Source: Atractiella rhizophila
Lineage: Eukaryota
Direction of reading: 5' to 3'
Length of the DNA stretch: 20,000 nucleotides
Assembly (NCBI GenBank): GCA_021432655.1
Contig: MU271183.1
Location: 245,177-265,176 of the forward strand
Below the pieces are notes generated by a model. That model worked only from the letters and a program-made list of their open reading frames with translations, had not been told where the DNA came from and ran no database searches. Positions 10,246 to 20,000 of the stretch are shown piece after piece. Each line of letters begins with the position of its first letter. The stretch's first letter is position 1. A program made the position numbers and the translations under genes.

Positions 10246-12694
10246 ATGGCCTCGCAAGAAACGCTCTCCAAGTTCTTCGCACACGTCGACTCCCTCTCCC
10301 CCGCCTTCATCGACCGTCTCTCCAAAGCAGTCTCCATCCCCTCAGTCTCGGGAGAGCCAGTCAGGAGGAAGTTCTGCTTCGAGATGGCAGACTGGCTCGA
10401 GGGAGAGCTCAAGGCTGTCGGGGTTAGTACCGAGAAACGTAGGTTGTCATTTGATCACGTATTTGTTTTGTGTTTGCTTTTGATCCAGCTCGATGTGTGG
10501 ATTTGGATTTGCTAATGATTTGATCGATTGGATGCATAGGTGATCTCGGAAAGCATGTTATGGATGGGAAGGAACTCGATCTGCCGCCTATCGTGCTAGG
10601 AAAGATCGGAGAAGATAAGAACAAAAAGACCATTTTACTCTATGGTTCGTCTCCCTCCATCCACCCAATTCTGTCCTTGCACGTATTCTATTCTCATGTA
10701 CTTTTCCTACTTTTCCTACAGGCCACTACGATGTCCAACCCGTAAACACCTCCTTCTCTCCCAATACTGCGAAGTTTCTCACTCCAATGGCTGTACACAG
10801 GCCGAAAAATCAGATGGCTGGACCTATGGTCAGTCGCCATCACTTTCTCCTTTCCTCGCTTCTCAACCGATAATTTATCACAGAGCCCTTCGTCCTAACA
10901 CACGAGAAGTCGACCGACCGCGTCCGTTTTTCCTCGTCTCGTTTCTTCGATCATATTCAGACCAAACCTGATTGGTACCGGCGATGCGGTTGATAGTTGT
11001 TTGGGAGGGGATCTACAGATGATAAAGGTCCCGTGCTTGGATGGATCAACGTCTTGCAAGCACACAAGGAATTGGGCATCGATTTACCTGTCAACCTCCG
11101 GTTCTGCTTCGAAGGTTCGTCGTCCCACGCCATCGAAAGGGCACGATCGATCGCTGACTTTTTTGTTTCGTATTGCTCGCTCCAAATGTCTGGTATAGGA
11201 ATGGAAGAGAATGGATCAGAGGGACTCGATGCTCTCGTTAGAGAGGAAGCTGGGAAATATTTCAAAGATGTGGATGCGGTTTGTATTTCGGATAATTATT
11301 GGTTAGGAACTGAAACCCCTTGCTTGAGTTCGTCATCTTCTCCCCCTTATCTTTTGTGTTTTCCATCACCCTGCAAATTTTGATCGTTCTTTGGCATCAG
11401 CCTATGGTTTGCGAGGTATCGCATATTACAAAGCCACTATCTCTGGTCCTGGAGCAGACCTACACTCTGGAGTGTTCGGTGCGTCACTCTCTTCTGATGC
11501 CCTTTGATCAACGAAATTAATGGTTGCTGTATGGATAGGCGGAACGGTGCATGAACCCATGACCGATCTCTTCCACCTCTTCTCGAAGCTTGTATCCCCT
11601 CAAGGTAAAATCCTCGTACCGGGATTGAACGAATTGGTGGACCCCTTGACGGAGGAAGAGAGGTCTGTCTCCTCTGAGCTTTGATATACATCTGTACTAA
11701 TGGACGGCGATAAATAGGAAGCGATACGAAAAGATCGACTTCTCCGTCTCCGTACGACATTCTCTTTGAACCGCACATTACACGCTGACTGGGGAACGGC
11801 TTTCCTTGGTCCCCTAGAACTTCGCTACAGCCTCGGTTGGCGCGTCTACGACCCTTAGTGAGGATAAAATCACCACGCTGATGGGTAGGATGCGGTATCC
11901 TTCGCTCAGCTTGCACGGAATTGAGGGAGCGTTTTATGGCGCTGGGTCGAAGGTACGCCTCGTCTGCCCAACCTGTCCCTTGCAACCCTTTACGGAGCTT
12001 GGGAAATGACACTGCTTGGATTTGGTGCAGACTGTTATTCCCGCTACTGTTCACGGTTCGTCTATGTTTCTCTAGTTGGGAGAAGAGTGCTGATGACGCG
12101 TTGGAATAAAGGAAAGTTCTCCATCCGTCTTGTCCCCAGTTTGACTGTGGCCAACGTTACTCCGTTGGTGGAAAAATACATCAAAGTTTGCCTTCCCTCT
12201 CTCTCATGAAGTTTGCCTGACCATGAATGCGAATGGATTGATAGGACGAATTCACCAAACTGAACAGCAAGAACAAGCTCTCCTTTGAGCTTTCCCACGG
12301 CGGAGAGAGCTGGATCACAGATCCGAATCATTATAGCTTCGTAGCCGCTTCCAAAGCTACAAAGACGGTGTATGGGAAGGAACCTGATTTCACGAGAGAG
12401 GGAGGGAGCATTCCGATCGTCTTGAGTTTCGAACAGGCGCTTAAGAAGAGCGTCCTCTTGCTACCTAGTACGCCTCATTCCTTCCTTTCTCCTTTCTCCT
12501 TTCTCCATCTTTCCATCTCTCCCCGCCTTGCTTCGTGGTTGGCAACATTCCGGTCTGATGTTGCTTGGTTGGTAGTGGGTAGAGGAGACGATGGCGCGCA
12601 TTCGACCAACGAGAAACTCGATCTCTCTAATTATATCCAGGGCACGAAATTGTTGGGAGCTTACTTGCATGAGGTCGGCGCTGCTCAAGCGTGA
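10246..12694 (+). CDS. DUG1: Cytosolic Cys-Gly metallodipeptidase (M20A; DUG1/CNDP2 type), about 15 exons
   Basis: Motifs in order: [95 protein letters not shown]. Fourteen GT-AG introns can be placed in frame. Confidence 0.95.
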
Positions 12695-13024
12695 AATGTA
12701 GCTGTGTAAGAGGAACTTTCGAAACAAAGAAGGAAGCTGTTGTAGCCAAAATAAAAGGTGTAGGAATGGACAAAATGTTTGTTCTCTCATTGCCAGTGAA
12801 CATTTGAAGAAGTGAGCAAGGCCCGACAGTGATGTAATTTATATTCAAAAGACGAGGTGTTCATCTTCTCGATGGGCATCGGCCAAAAAGCACAAGGATT
12901 ACAAAATGTCAAACATGTTGGAGTGCACTGAATGGGGTGGTTTCTACATCATGCAGGTCATAAAGATACAGGTCTGAGTGAGTACGGATGTGGGTATGCA
13001 AGACAAGTGACAAAACAAAGATGA

Positions 13025-14345
13025 TCAGAGGAAGACAGGTCGCAGGTTTCTCCTCCTAGTATCCGTTCGACAAGTTGGGCAACGCCTTCGACGGGCTAGC
13101 GCCTGATCGATGCATTCCAAGCAGAAGAGGTGTCCACACGGAGTCAAACGAGCATTGGTAACGGGTTCGAGGCAGATCGCACAGGGGACTTGGACTATGC
13201 CTAATCTCATCCATCAGACGACTGAGTTCCGATCAATAACTGTACATACCAGTTTCTCCCGTGAACCCTTGTGAAGAGTCAGATTTGAGATTTCGAAGGA
13301 ACGTCGCAGTTTTGCCTAGTTCGGCGAGCGCATTGCCGATCTCTCTATCTCTTTCTGATTGCTCCAAGTTTTGGCAGACGGTCAACAGCTGTTCAGCTTC
13401 CATCCACAGATCTCTATCTTCTGGGGTAAGGGAAGAAGACATCAAGACCTCGGGTGAAAGCTTGCAGAGGCGATGATAATCCGCAGAGAGTGAAGATGTT
13501 GGTTCAACTCGCGCTCCATCACCTAAAGTGACTGCGGCAAGGAGGGAATGACGAAGTGTTTTAACCTCTTGCAAGAAATCACTCGGACTTGGAACAGCTC
13601 GGACAGGTTGGAACGATTCTGGACGACTTGAGCTCGCCAATGACGGTGGAGGTGACAGAGGGGTAGACGGAACTCCCGAATCGAAGTAAGTGTTGCTGGA
13701 GCGACCTGAAATGGATGAAGGATTGCGTAGAGAAGAATTCGACGCGCGGCGTGAACTTGCTGCTGAAGGCTCGATAGCGCTCGCCGATTCACCATCGGCT
13801 GTTGCTCTTGACTTCCCTTTCTCACTGGTGGGTTTGTTGTCCATCAGTCCATCCTCCCTTGGGGTGCGGGCGGAGACAGCTGTACGCGACAGCGATTGGA
13901 GGCGCCGGAGTGCTTCCAAAGCTTTCTCTAAAGCTTTCACGTCTTCACCCCCCAGAAGAGTGTCTAGAGCACGAAGGTCGTCCTCAACAATGTTGATGGA
14001 GGATAGTTCGCTACTTGTGGGGACTGTCCATTTGTGAGCGTGTTGTTGCTGGTAACTCCCAACCCTCTCTGAGAAGTTGAGGCATTGCGTTCCGCCTGTA
14101 ATGACAGTGTCAATTCCGGGATCACACAAGCGCAAAGTGCATACACCAAGAGAGCCAACCAATCTTCGCATAATACTCCGCGTGAATTGCGAGTGGTGAG
14201 GGTGAGGGTGTTGACAATGTGGTGCGAGCATCTTCGAAAATGGCACTGTCGTCGTCTATGTCCCCTTCACAATCAGAGTTTTCTAATCTGAGCTCTATGC
14301 CGCTTGAATTGAGCTCAGGACTTGGGTGGCTTATTGGTGTATCTG
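13025..14345 (-). CDS. 3' part of a large protein ending in a C3HC4 RING finger (putative E3 ligase). Exons ~14345-14145, 14095-13250, 13200-13025.
   Basis: The terminal exon gives CAICLEPVTNARLTPCGHLFCLECIDQALARRRRCPTC. Two 49-nt introns: GTATGT..TAG (13249-13201) and GTATGC..TTGAC..CAG (14144-14096). The upstream exon reads ENSDCEGDIDDDSAIFEDARTTLSTPSP. No convincing start codon in normal orientation. Confidence 0.85.
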
Positions 14346-16224
14346 AAAACCGGACGGTGGGAGTTTCTCCCCACCTTACAGTCGGAATTAAGCGAAAGTG
14401 CAGTAACGGACTTTGGAAGCGAGGCGCTCACTTTCGTAAGATGTGATAGCTGTTATTTGTAGAGGCATAAACGTGTATCTTTCGAGACCCCAGACGACAG
14501 TAACCAAGCGAGGGACTACTCATACTAACTAAACTTGGGGTCGTACTAGAGCTCACTGACCAGCCGAGAGGTCTTATCAGAGTAACTCTCCACCCTCATC
14601 TCTATGGTATACAGAGACTATGGAACTAGAATCGTACCGAGAGATCCTAGAGGTCTTTTTTGTCTGCGAAGCAAGTGGGTTTAAGTGATAAGTAACTAAA
14701 CGGACGCGATAAGGTTGCAAGTCCGTGGAGACATACGAAGATCCGAAAACTCTTAGAGTGAGATCTGCACTCTAAACCAGAAGAAGTAAGAAGATTAAGT
14801 TTCCTATAAAAAGTCGTATCTGTCTGCGACTAGTAAGTAGTAATCGTAGTTTTATTGTGACCAGTGGCGTTAGGAGGGCACATACTTGTGTAATAGGTCC
14901 GGTAGGAGTGCCGAAGGGGGAGGGACGTGAGAGGGAGTGGCGGTGCCAGCGGTTGCGTGAGCTCGTGACTTGGAAACGTACTACCTGTCCGTGCGTTGCC
15001 GGTGTGCTAAGGGTGAAGGAGGCGGCTAGCGTTAGGAAAGGAGCACGGACTTGGAGTTGGCTAATGAAGACTTAGCTGTAGTCGTGGTCGATTAGCGTAC
15101 GGCTGTAATCTCCTCTACTCCCTTGTTTCCGACTTGCGTTAAGCTCAAGCGAAGGGAAGCGTTGTCAGAAGAAGAGGAGGTAGAGGTGAAAGTCGTTCAG
15201 AGTTGCTGGACCGTCGAGCATATCCTGCTGAGGTACAACTCGTGCTAGGTCTTCCGTGCCTTGGAGCACGCGTGCTTTCACGTGGACGAGGCAGTTGTTC
15301 CTGGCACTCCTATAGCTCAAGGCGCTTACCTAGTTCGCTGCTGCTACCAGGGTGTTCTTAGCAATTAGGAAGAGGGGGTGGACAGGAGGGACGATGAGGT
15401 GGAAGCCCGGACTTGTCTTCTGCCAGAGCCAGAGCTTCACAATTACCTTCTCAAGGCAGCGACCTATCATAACAAGTTTCAAGCCTCCTTCTTCTCAAAG
15501 CACGACCCCATGCCCCGCGAAACCGCGTCAACTGCGACCCCTGCGCCTCCAACGTCAAGCTTTGACTTTGGCTTCGCCTTTGCTGTCTCAGACTCCTCTT
15601 GCTCGGCCTATGCCTATTACTTGGCTGGCTATCGCTTCTATCCAGGAGGCTTACATCCTCGCTACGACTCGCCAGCGGTCTCGTTGTAGACAGTTCGTCA
15701 AGTCTCCGCTCCCTACAGTCCCTCTCAACGCTAACAGGACAAACGTCCTTCGAACTCTGGGCCAACCTTTCGTTAAACCTCTAACATGTCCTACTTTTTC
15801 GAAAGACACTTGACACAGTGTTTTGAAAGGAGTGTTATAGTCTTGAGTTCCATGTAGAGTAAAAGAAGACGACACAGCCAATGAGTGCCAACAACATCGA
15901 TGTGTTTCAGGAACTGGTATTCGATGGGCAAGAGCTGAGACGCCCGGGAAGACGAAGAAGTGTGGAAGTCCTAGCAAGTCAAGACCTCTGCCTACATAGA
16001 CACGACCCCCTCGAATATGCCGCGTAGTTCCCCTCCCCTTTACCACTGTGAAGCGTGCACCTACACAGTGGACACCTTAATGTCAATGAGCTCCCTACGG
16101 TGCTATTGAACTTCGCCGTGCGAGTGCTCCCATTCAACAACAGGTCGGAAAAGAGGTCTAATGACTGTCCGAACATTGTTTCGCTCTCATTATAGTAGAT
16201 CTTACAGGTACCCTAGGTCCCGAA
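14346..16224. other. Reversed (not complemented) block. Its left-to-right complement encodes the upstream exons of a C2H2-finger protein, probably the same gene as the RING CDS.
   Basis: The complement read left to right has a stop-free 1005-nt exon (14846-15850) and introns at 14429-14479, 14591-14646, 14672-14743, 14768-14845, 15851-15898 and 16131-16182 (GTAAGT..TACTGAC..AAG). It encodes FCELCHKTFLTISELK|LHKVLDH (C-x2-C-x12-H-x4-H). The left boundary is approximate (14290-14430), and the small 5' exons are less certain than the large one. Confidence 0.9.
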
Positions 16225-16249
16225 NNNNNNNNNNNNNNNNNNNNNNNNN
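16225..16249. other. Assembly gap, 25 N
   Basis: Run of 25 N. Confidence 1.
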
Positions 16250-16414
16250 ATCCCTACTCCCACCTCTCAATGAGACTACTCTGGAGAGTCGACCAGTCAC
16301 TCGAGATCATGCTGGGGTTCAAATCAATCATACTCATCAGGGAGCGAACCAAATGATAGGAAAAAACCCCAGAGCTTTCTGTGTGCAATATGGAGATGTT
16401 TCTTGTCGATAGTG
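16250..16414. repeat. Mirror copy (same bases in reverse order, not complemented) of 14443-14604, imperfect
   Basis: 16250 ATCCCTACTCCCACCTCTCAATGAGACTACTCTGGAGAGTCGACCAGTCACTCGAGATCATGCTGGGGTTCAAATCAATCATACTCATCAGGGAGCGAACC... matches 14604->14443 read backwards, with a few substitutions and small indels. Confidence 0.95.
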
Positions 16415-17024
16415 CCAAATGATTCTACCCGCCACAAAGCATGGTGGAAGAGGAAAGCAGTCCCTGTTATTCAGCTCGTCCACAATTACTTCTTGAAGCA
16501 GAGGATCAAGACAACGTCTACCTCAAATCAACGACTGAGTCTGCACAAAAGAATCCATCATGCAAGGAGGGCAACGGTGGCACACCAACAATTTGAAGAT
16601 AACAAAAAGATCACACACCTGTCTAAATGCTCTTTCTTCTCCAAATCCCCTCCCACACCTCTCACCTCTCGCATTCAAGCCAGCACAAAACCAATGTTCC
16701 ACTCTTCCCTCCCCATCCTCCCTCGTCCTCCTCCTCTCCTCTCCCACCACCGGCTCTCCCAAGCAATCCTCACCCCTCCATGTCGCGCACCCGCTCTCCC
16801 TGATCTCGACCTCCCGGCTTCCGATATCGGATCGGAAGTATCTGTGGCTGTCGAGAAGGGTGGAGGAAGGAAAGGAAAGACGACAGAAGGGACAGTAGTT
16901 GTGGGAGGTGTTGAGGTGTTGGGAGATTTGGAAGGGGTAGGAGAAGTGGCGGAGAGTGGGACACCTGTTCAGAGTTCCATGGAGTTAGATTGCATACTAT
17001 TCGGATAATCGAAGAAACGCACAA

Positions 17025-17471
17025 ATGACAGGTTGGCATGTTGAGCACCTAAGTGAACCTCAGAAACCAGAGTTGTCTACCAGAATCGAAAGCGCCGTAG
17101 TAATGCTCAGATCAATCTTCAGGGAACCTCATATATCATACGGTAATGCTGATGCTGTTGTGGATGCAATGATGTTCGTTATGGACCAGTTCCCCAGTCG
17201 TTCACTCTCGCCCCATGACTGCATTTCGGATCCGGGGTTATCGCATCCAACGAACAAAACCACAAGTCGATTCTTTGTTGGGAAAATTATAGGTTATGAC
17301 ATGGCGGGACGAGTTCTTCATAAGTCTGAAGCCATGAAGCAAAGGCCCTTTCTTTTTGTTACGCTCCGGAGGACACGAATCCCTCTAAGGAAGGGTTATG
17401 AGAGAATACCAGTCTATCAATGTCAACTTCTCTTTCTGCAGAGTTATCAGAGAATACTAGTCTGTCAATGA
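17025..17471 (+). CDS. Hypothetical ORF, possibly a fragment
   Basis: 148-aa ORF whose first half looks globular (ELSTRIESAVVMLRSIF...DAVVDAMMFVMDQF). No recognised motif, and the end runs into a tandem duplication. Confidence 0.2.
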   Translation: MTGWHVEHLSEPQKPELSTRIESAVVMLRSIFREPHISYGNADAVVDAMMFVMDQFPSRSLSPHDCISDPGLSHPTNKTTSRFFVGKIIGYDMAGRVLHKSEAMKQRPFLFVTLRRTRIPLRKGYERIPVYQCQLLFLQSYQRILVCQ

Positions 17472-17493
17472 CAACTTTTCTTCTGTAAAGTTA
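17395..17493. repeat. Two-copy imperfect tandem repeat, unit about 48 bp
   Basis: GTTATGAGAGAATACCAGTCTATCAATGTCAACTTCTCTTTCTGCAGA / GTTATCAGAGAATACTAGTCTGTCAATGACAACTTTTCTTCTGTAAA-GTTA. Confidence 0.8.
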
Positions 17494-18087
17494 AATTTGA
17501 GCGAGGAGTCGTGTCGCTCCTTCCTCTTAGTTTGACATTTTGATGGATCAAAGAGTCCGTGTAATTTGACTCTTACTGTGCCGTGCTTCGGGTCTTTCCA
17601 GAGTCTGAGCCTTGGCTTTACTGCTCTGTTATGGTCATTCACATTCTCATGCAGACGCGCAATAACGCTTTATCACAACTGTCTTTGAAGTCTGGACTGT
17701 TACCTTCTCCAACCAAACGTCACCTGCTTTTCCTCTTTAATTGTTAATCAAAGTCGATTCACTATTGACGCTGCATAATTTCGTCTCGCGCCCTTCGTCT
17801 CCCATCCATACCAAAATGTGATTTGGTTGGCACCGTCTATGCTTAGAAGCTATTCTCTCGCGTTTGTTCTATTAGAGATCTTACTTACTCCTGGCACACT
17901 CTTTCTCTTATTTCTTTCATTCTGGCGGCCTTGTGCATAGTGGCACAAGTTTCTGTCAAAAGTTAATGCAAGGCCAACTTGTCTCATCAAAGGGAGGAGG
18001 GACCTTCGGGACAAACTCAGAACGCATTTTCTGACGAGATAAAATGTCCTTCTTATTCCATATCTCTTCCAGCCTTGTCTCCCAAGA

Positions 18088-18094
18088 TATAAAA
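18088..18094 (+). promoter_or_regulatory. Candidate TATA box for the 18154 ORF
   Basis: TATAAAA about 60 nt upstream of TCAACATGG, with a C/T/A-rich leader in between. Confidence 0.35.
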
Positions 18095-18153
18095 TCCACC
18101 TGGTCCTATCACACCCATCTCGTTCACTTCAATTTCCAAATCTCAAAGTCAAC

Positions 18154-18696
18154 ATGGTTTGCGGCCAGTGTTACACCAAAGGCTACAGGTCTTGCAACCA
18201 CCAATTCCGCACAAATCTTGATTACGCCGCAGATACCGAAAAACAGAAGATATTCTCTCAAGGCGTGCACAGGCGTAGAGGCGCCATTAGTGGTGGTGAT
18301 ATCGGCACTCAACTGGCGGTCAACGGTAGCGTGGTATCCAATGGTTCGAACTTTACAGAGAAGATGCAGAACCTCCGCAAGAAAGGCAAGAAAGCGCTCC
18401 GCTCCTCCATACCTTCCTCTTCCTTCCTTCATTTTTCCAAATCCTCAAACCAGCAACAGCAACAGGTGCAGTATGATTTGGAGGCGGCGCTGGAAAATGA
18501 GATGCGCCGCCTTAGTGCTATGGAACAATTAGCCGAGAGGAGGAAGCAGAACGCCTCCAAGTTTGTCAAAATGTTGCCTGAACGGGATGAAAAGACTATA
18601 CCGGCGGTTTTTGAGGACAACCATGGCTTTTATAATATTGACAAGACGGGGAGAAAGGTGTACTTGAAGGAGAGCCTTAACGAGATCCTTAAGTAG
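18154..18696 (+). CDS. Intronless 180-aa hypothetical protein (N-terminal CxxC-x7-CxH, RRRGAIS motif, short polyQ, helical charged segment)
   Basis: Good start context (CAACATGG), hydrophilic protein-like composition, upstream TATA and a T-rich 3' flank. Confidence 0.65.
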   Translation: MVCGQCYTKGYRSCNHQFRTNLDYAADTEKQKIFSQGVHRRRGAISGGDIGTQLAVNGSVVSNGSNFTEKMQNLRKKGKKALRSSIPSSSFLHFSKSSNQQQQQVQYDLEAALENEMRRLSAMEQLAERRKQNASKFVKMLPERDEKTIPAVFEDNHGFYNIDKTGRKVYLKESLNEILK

Positions 18697-19076
18697 TTTG
18701 GTAGTTTGATAATATCTGGTGTGCTATGACTATTTTGTACTGTGACAATCAAAAGATTGGTTTTTTACACATGTCTCCGTTCTGTTTCACATTTGATGCA
18801 ATGATGCCTTCCATATGACGAGGCAAGTTGAATTCGTTCCCAAAGCTTAGAACTGAGACATGATTGACGGGATCTAGAGGACATGGACTAGACTGGAAGG
18901 CAGTGGAAAGACCCCGAGTGCGAGAGACAAAGTGGGAAAGAGAAAGAAGCAAATAGAAACTTTCGCTTATCGTCAACAAACAATGGGACGTGAATATTGA
19001 ATATTGAATAGTGGCATTGCACATCGAGTAATGATAATTAAGATGAAGGTGCATAAAAGAAGGACGTAAAACGCGC

Positions 19077-20000
19077 TTAGCAAACATTTCCCTTTTTACA
19101 CTTGCCCAAACAATGATAGGTCCCAATCCAGGAGTCTTCTGAATAGACGGCCAGTCCAAGCATCCACCCGTTCAGGATCTTCAACGATGATTCTCAGGAC
19201 ATTCTAACAATCCAGAGGAGCACGCGCTCACCTGGTGCACATAATCAAGATTCTGCGGGTCTCCATTCTTTACCCCCTCTTCAGAACAGGGGTAAGACTG
19301 TGTGAGGCCATTGTTACCGTTGAAGCCATTGCCTTTTGTAAACTGTATCAAAAAAGGGTGAGTTACATAGTAAATAAGGCGAAGAGAATCTTACCCATCC
19401 ATTATACTGGCCAAGTGCCTTCAGGATATTCCCTTTACTATCATCTAGATGTTGGCGAAGTTCTTTTGTCGCGATGTCAACATTGTCTGCAACAGAGTTC
19501 GTGCTGTATTCACTTGAGCATTACCACAAGGTGAGGAATTAAGAATACCATTGCCCTTCAGGATAGTTTTCGCAAGGAACTTGCATTAAACCTGTATTCC
19601 ATAATTTGTTTGGGACCTTACGATAAGAGAACAATTGACCAGGAGTAGAACCTCCTGCGTCTGCGTTGCACGAGCTTTCCTGCATGGCAATAATGGCCAA
19701 GATTGCCGGATCGACATCGTACCTTTTACCTGAAGCCTAGACCATTGGTGAGCGTCATTGCACTCCGACGAGAGACATAAGCCAGGTCACCTGAAAGTAT
19801 TCGTCGTACTGGAACCATCGTTCAGAATATCACATGACAAGGAGAAACACGTACTTTTTTACAGTCTTTGCCGAGGTCAGCATAAAACTGATCTTTCCCA
19901 ATTACAGAGATCGAACTGACATTCAGAAAAGGCGGATCCCATCCAGTTTCGTTCTTAATCCCTCTATTTAACCAATCTTGGGAGCCATTTGGCCCGCTGC
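19077..20000 (-). CDS. Glycoside hydrolase family 23 (lysozyme-like / SLT domain) protein. The 5' end lies beyond the window, with at least 7 exons here.
   Basis: Spliced manual translation: GPNGSQDWLNRG..GWDPPF...CKK|YDEYFQ|ASGKRYDVDPAILAIIAMQESSCNADAGGSTP|GLMQVPCENY..C|TNSVADNVDIATKELRQHLDDSKGNILKALGQYNGW|...QNLDYVHQ|ILNGWMLG...KGNVC* (TAA 19079-19077). ES, GLMQ and YNG are the SLT/GH23 motifs. Confidence 0.9.

Noticed and set aside
11437..12054. 205-aa minus-strand ORF
   Set aside because: Antisense to DUG1 exons and introns, with no motif.
14145..14246. Track N-terminus MPFSKMLAPHCQHPHPHH of the 337-aa ORF
   Set aside because: It reads through a 49-nt intron (14144-14096). The upstream exon is in another frame.
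14857..16176. ORF-track ORFs inside the reversed block (e.g. 15352-15813, 15378-15689, 15651-16046)
   Set aside because: They are by-products of the mirrored coding sequence. The coherent gene lies in the complement-only reading.
14443..16414. Mirror repeat as an H-DNA/triplex element or as transposon terminal repeats
   Set aside because: It is mixed-sequence, not homopurine, and mirror rather than reverse-complement, so it fits neither. Block reversal explains it.
1..20000. A functional gene cluster, CRISPR array, RNA gene or intact transposon
   Set aside because: The genes have no evident shared pathway. I saw no repeat-spacer array, tRNA/rRNA, or transposase/RT motifs.

Overview
Intron-rich eukaryotic DNA, most likely from a basidiomycete fungus (short introns of about 46-100 nt, CTRAC-type branch points, fungal gene families). 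I read by hand: a truncated duplicate of a Gti1/Pac2 (WOPR) gene fused tail-to-tail with the 5' fragment of a phytase/acid-phosphatase-like gene (1-812); a full Gti1/Pac2 gene with a GLFG-like low-complexity tail (4157-5579); a secreted M43 metalloprotease (7598-9293); an M20 DUG1/CNDP2-type dipeptidase (10246-12694); a C3HC4 RING protein on the minus strand; an orphan 180-aa ORF; and a GH23 lysozyme-like gene (19077 to beyond the window end, minus) that the ORF track misses. The main anomaly is a block of about 1.88 kb (about 14346-16224), next to a 25-N gap, that is written backwards (reversed, not complemented). Read as the plain complement left to right, it gives canonical introns, a 335-codon open exon and a C2H2 zinc finger. 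It can join in frame to the RING gene, and its left part is a mirror image of the sequence after the gap. This is most likely an assembly or processing artefact hiding the upstream part of a C2H2+RING protein of at least about 915 aa. No database searches were run; family calls come from motif recognition.
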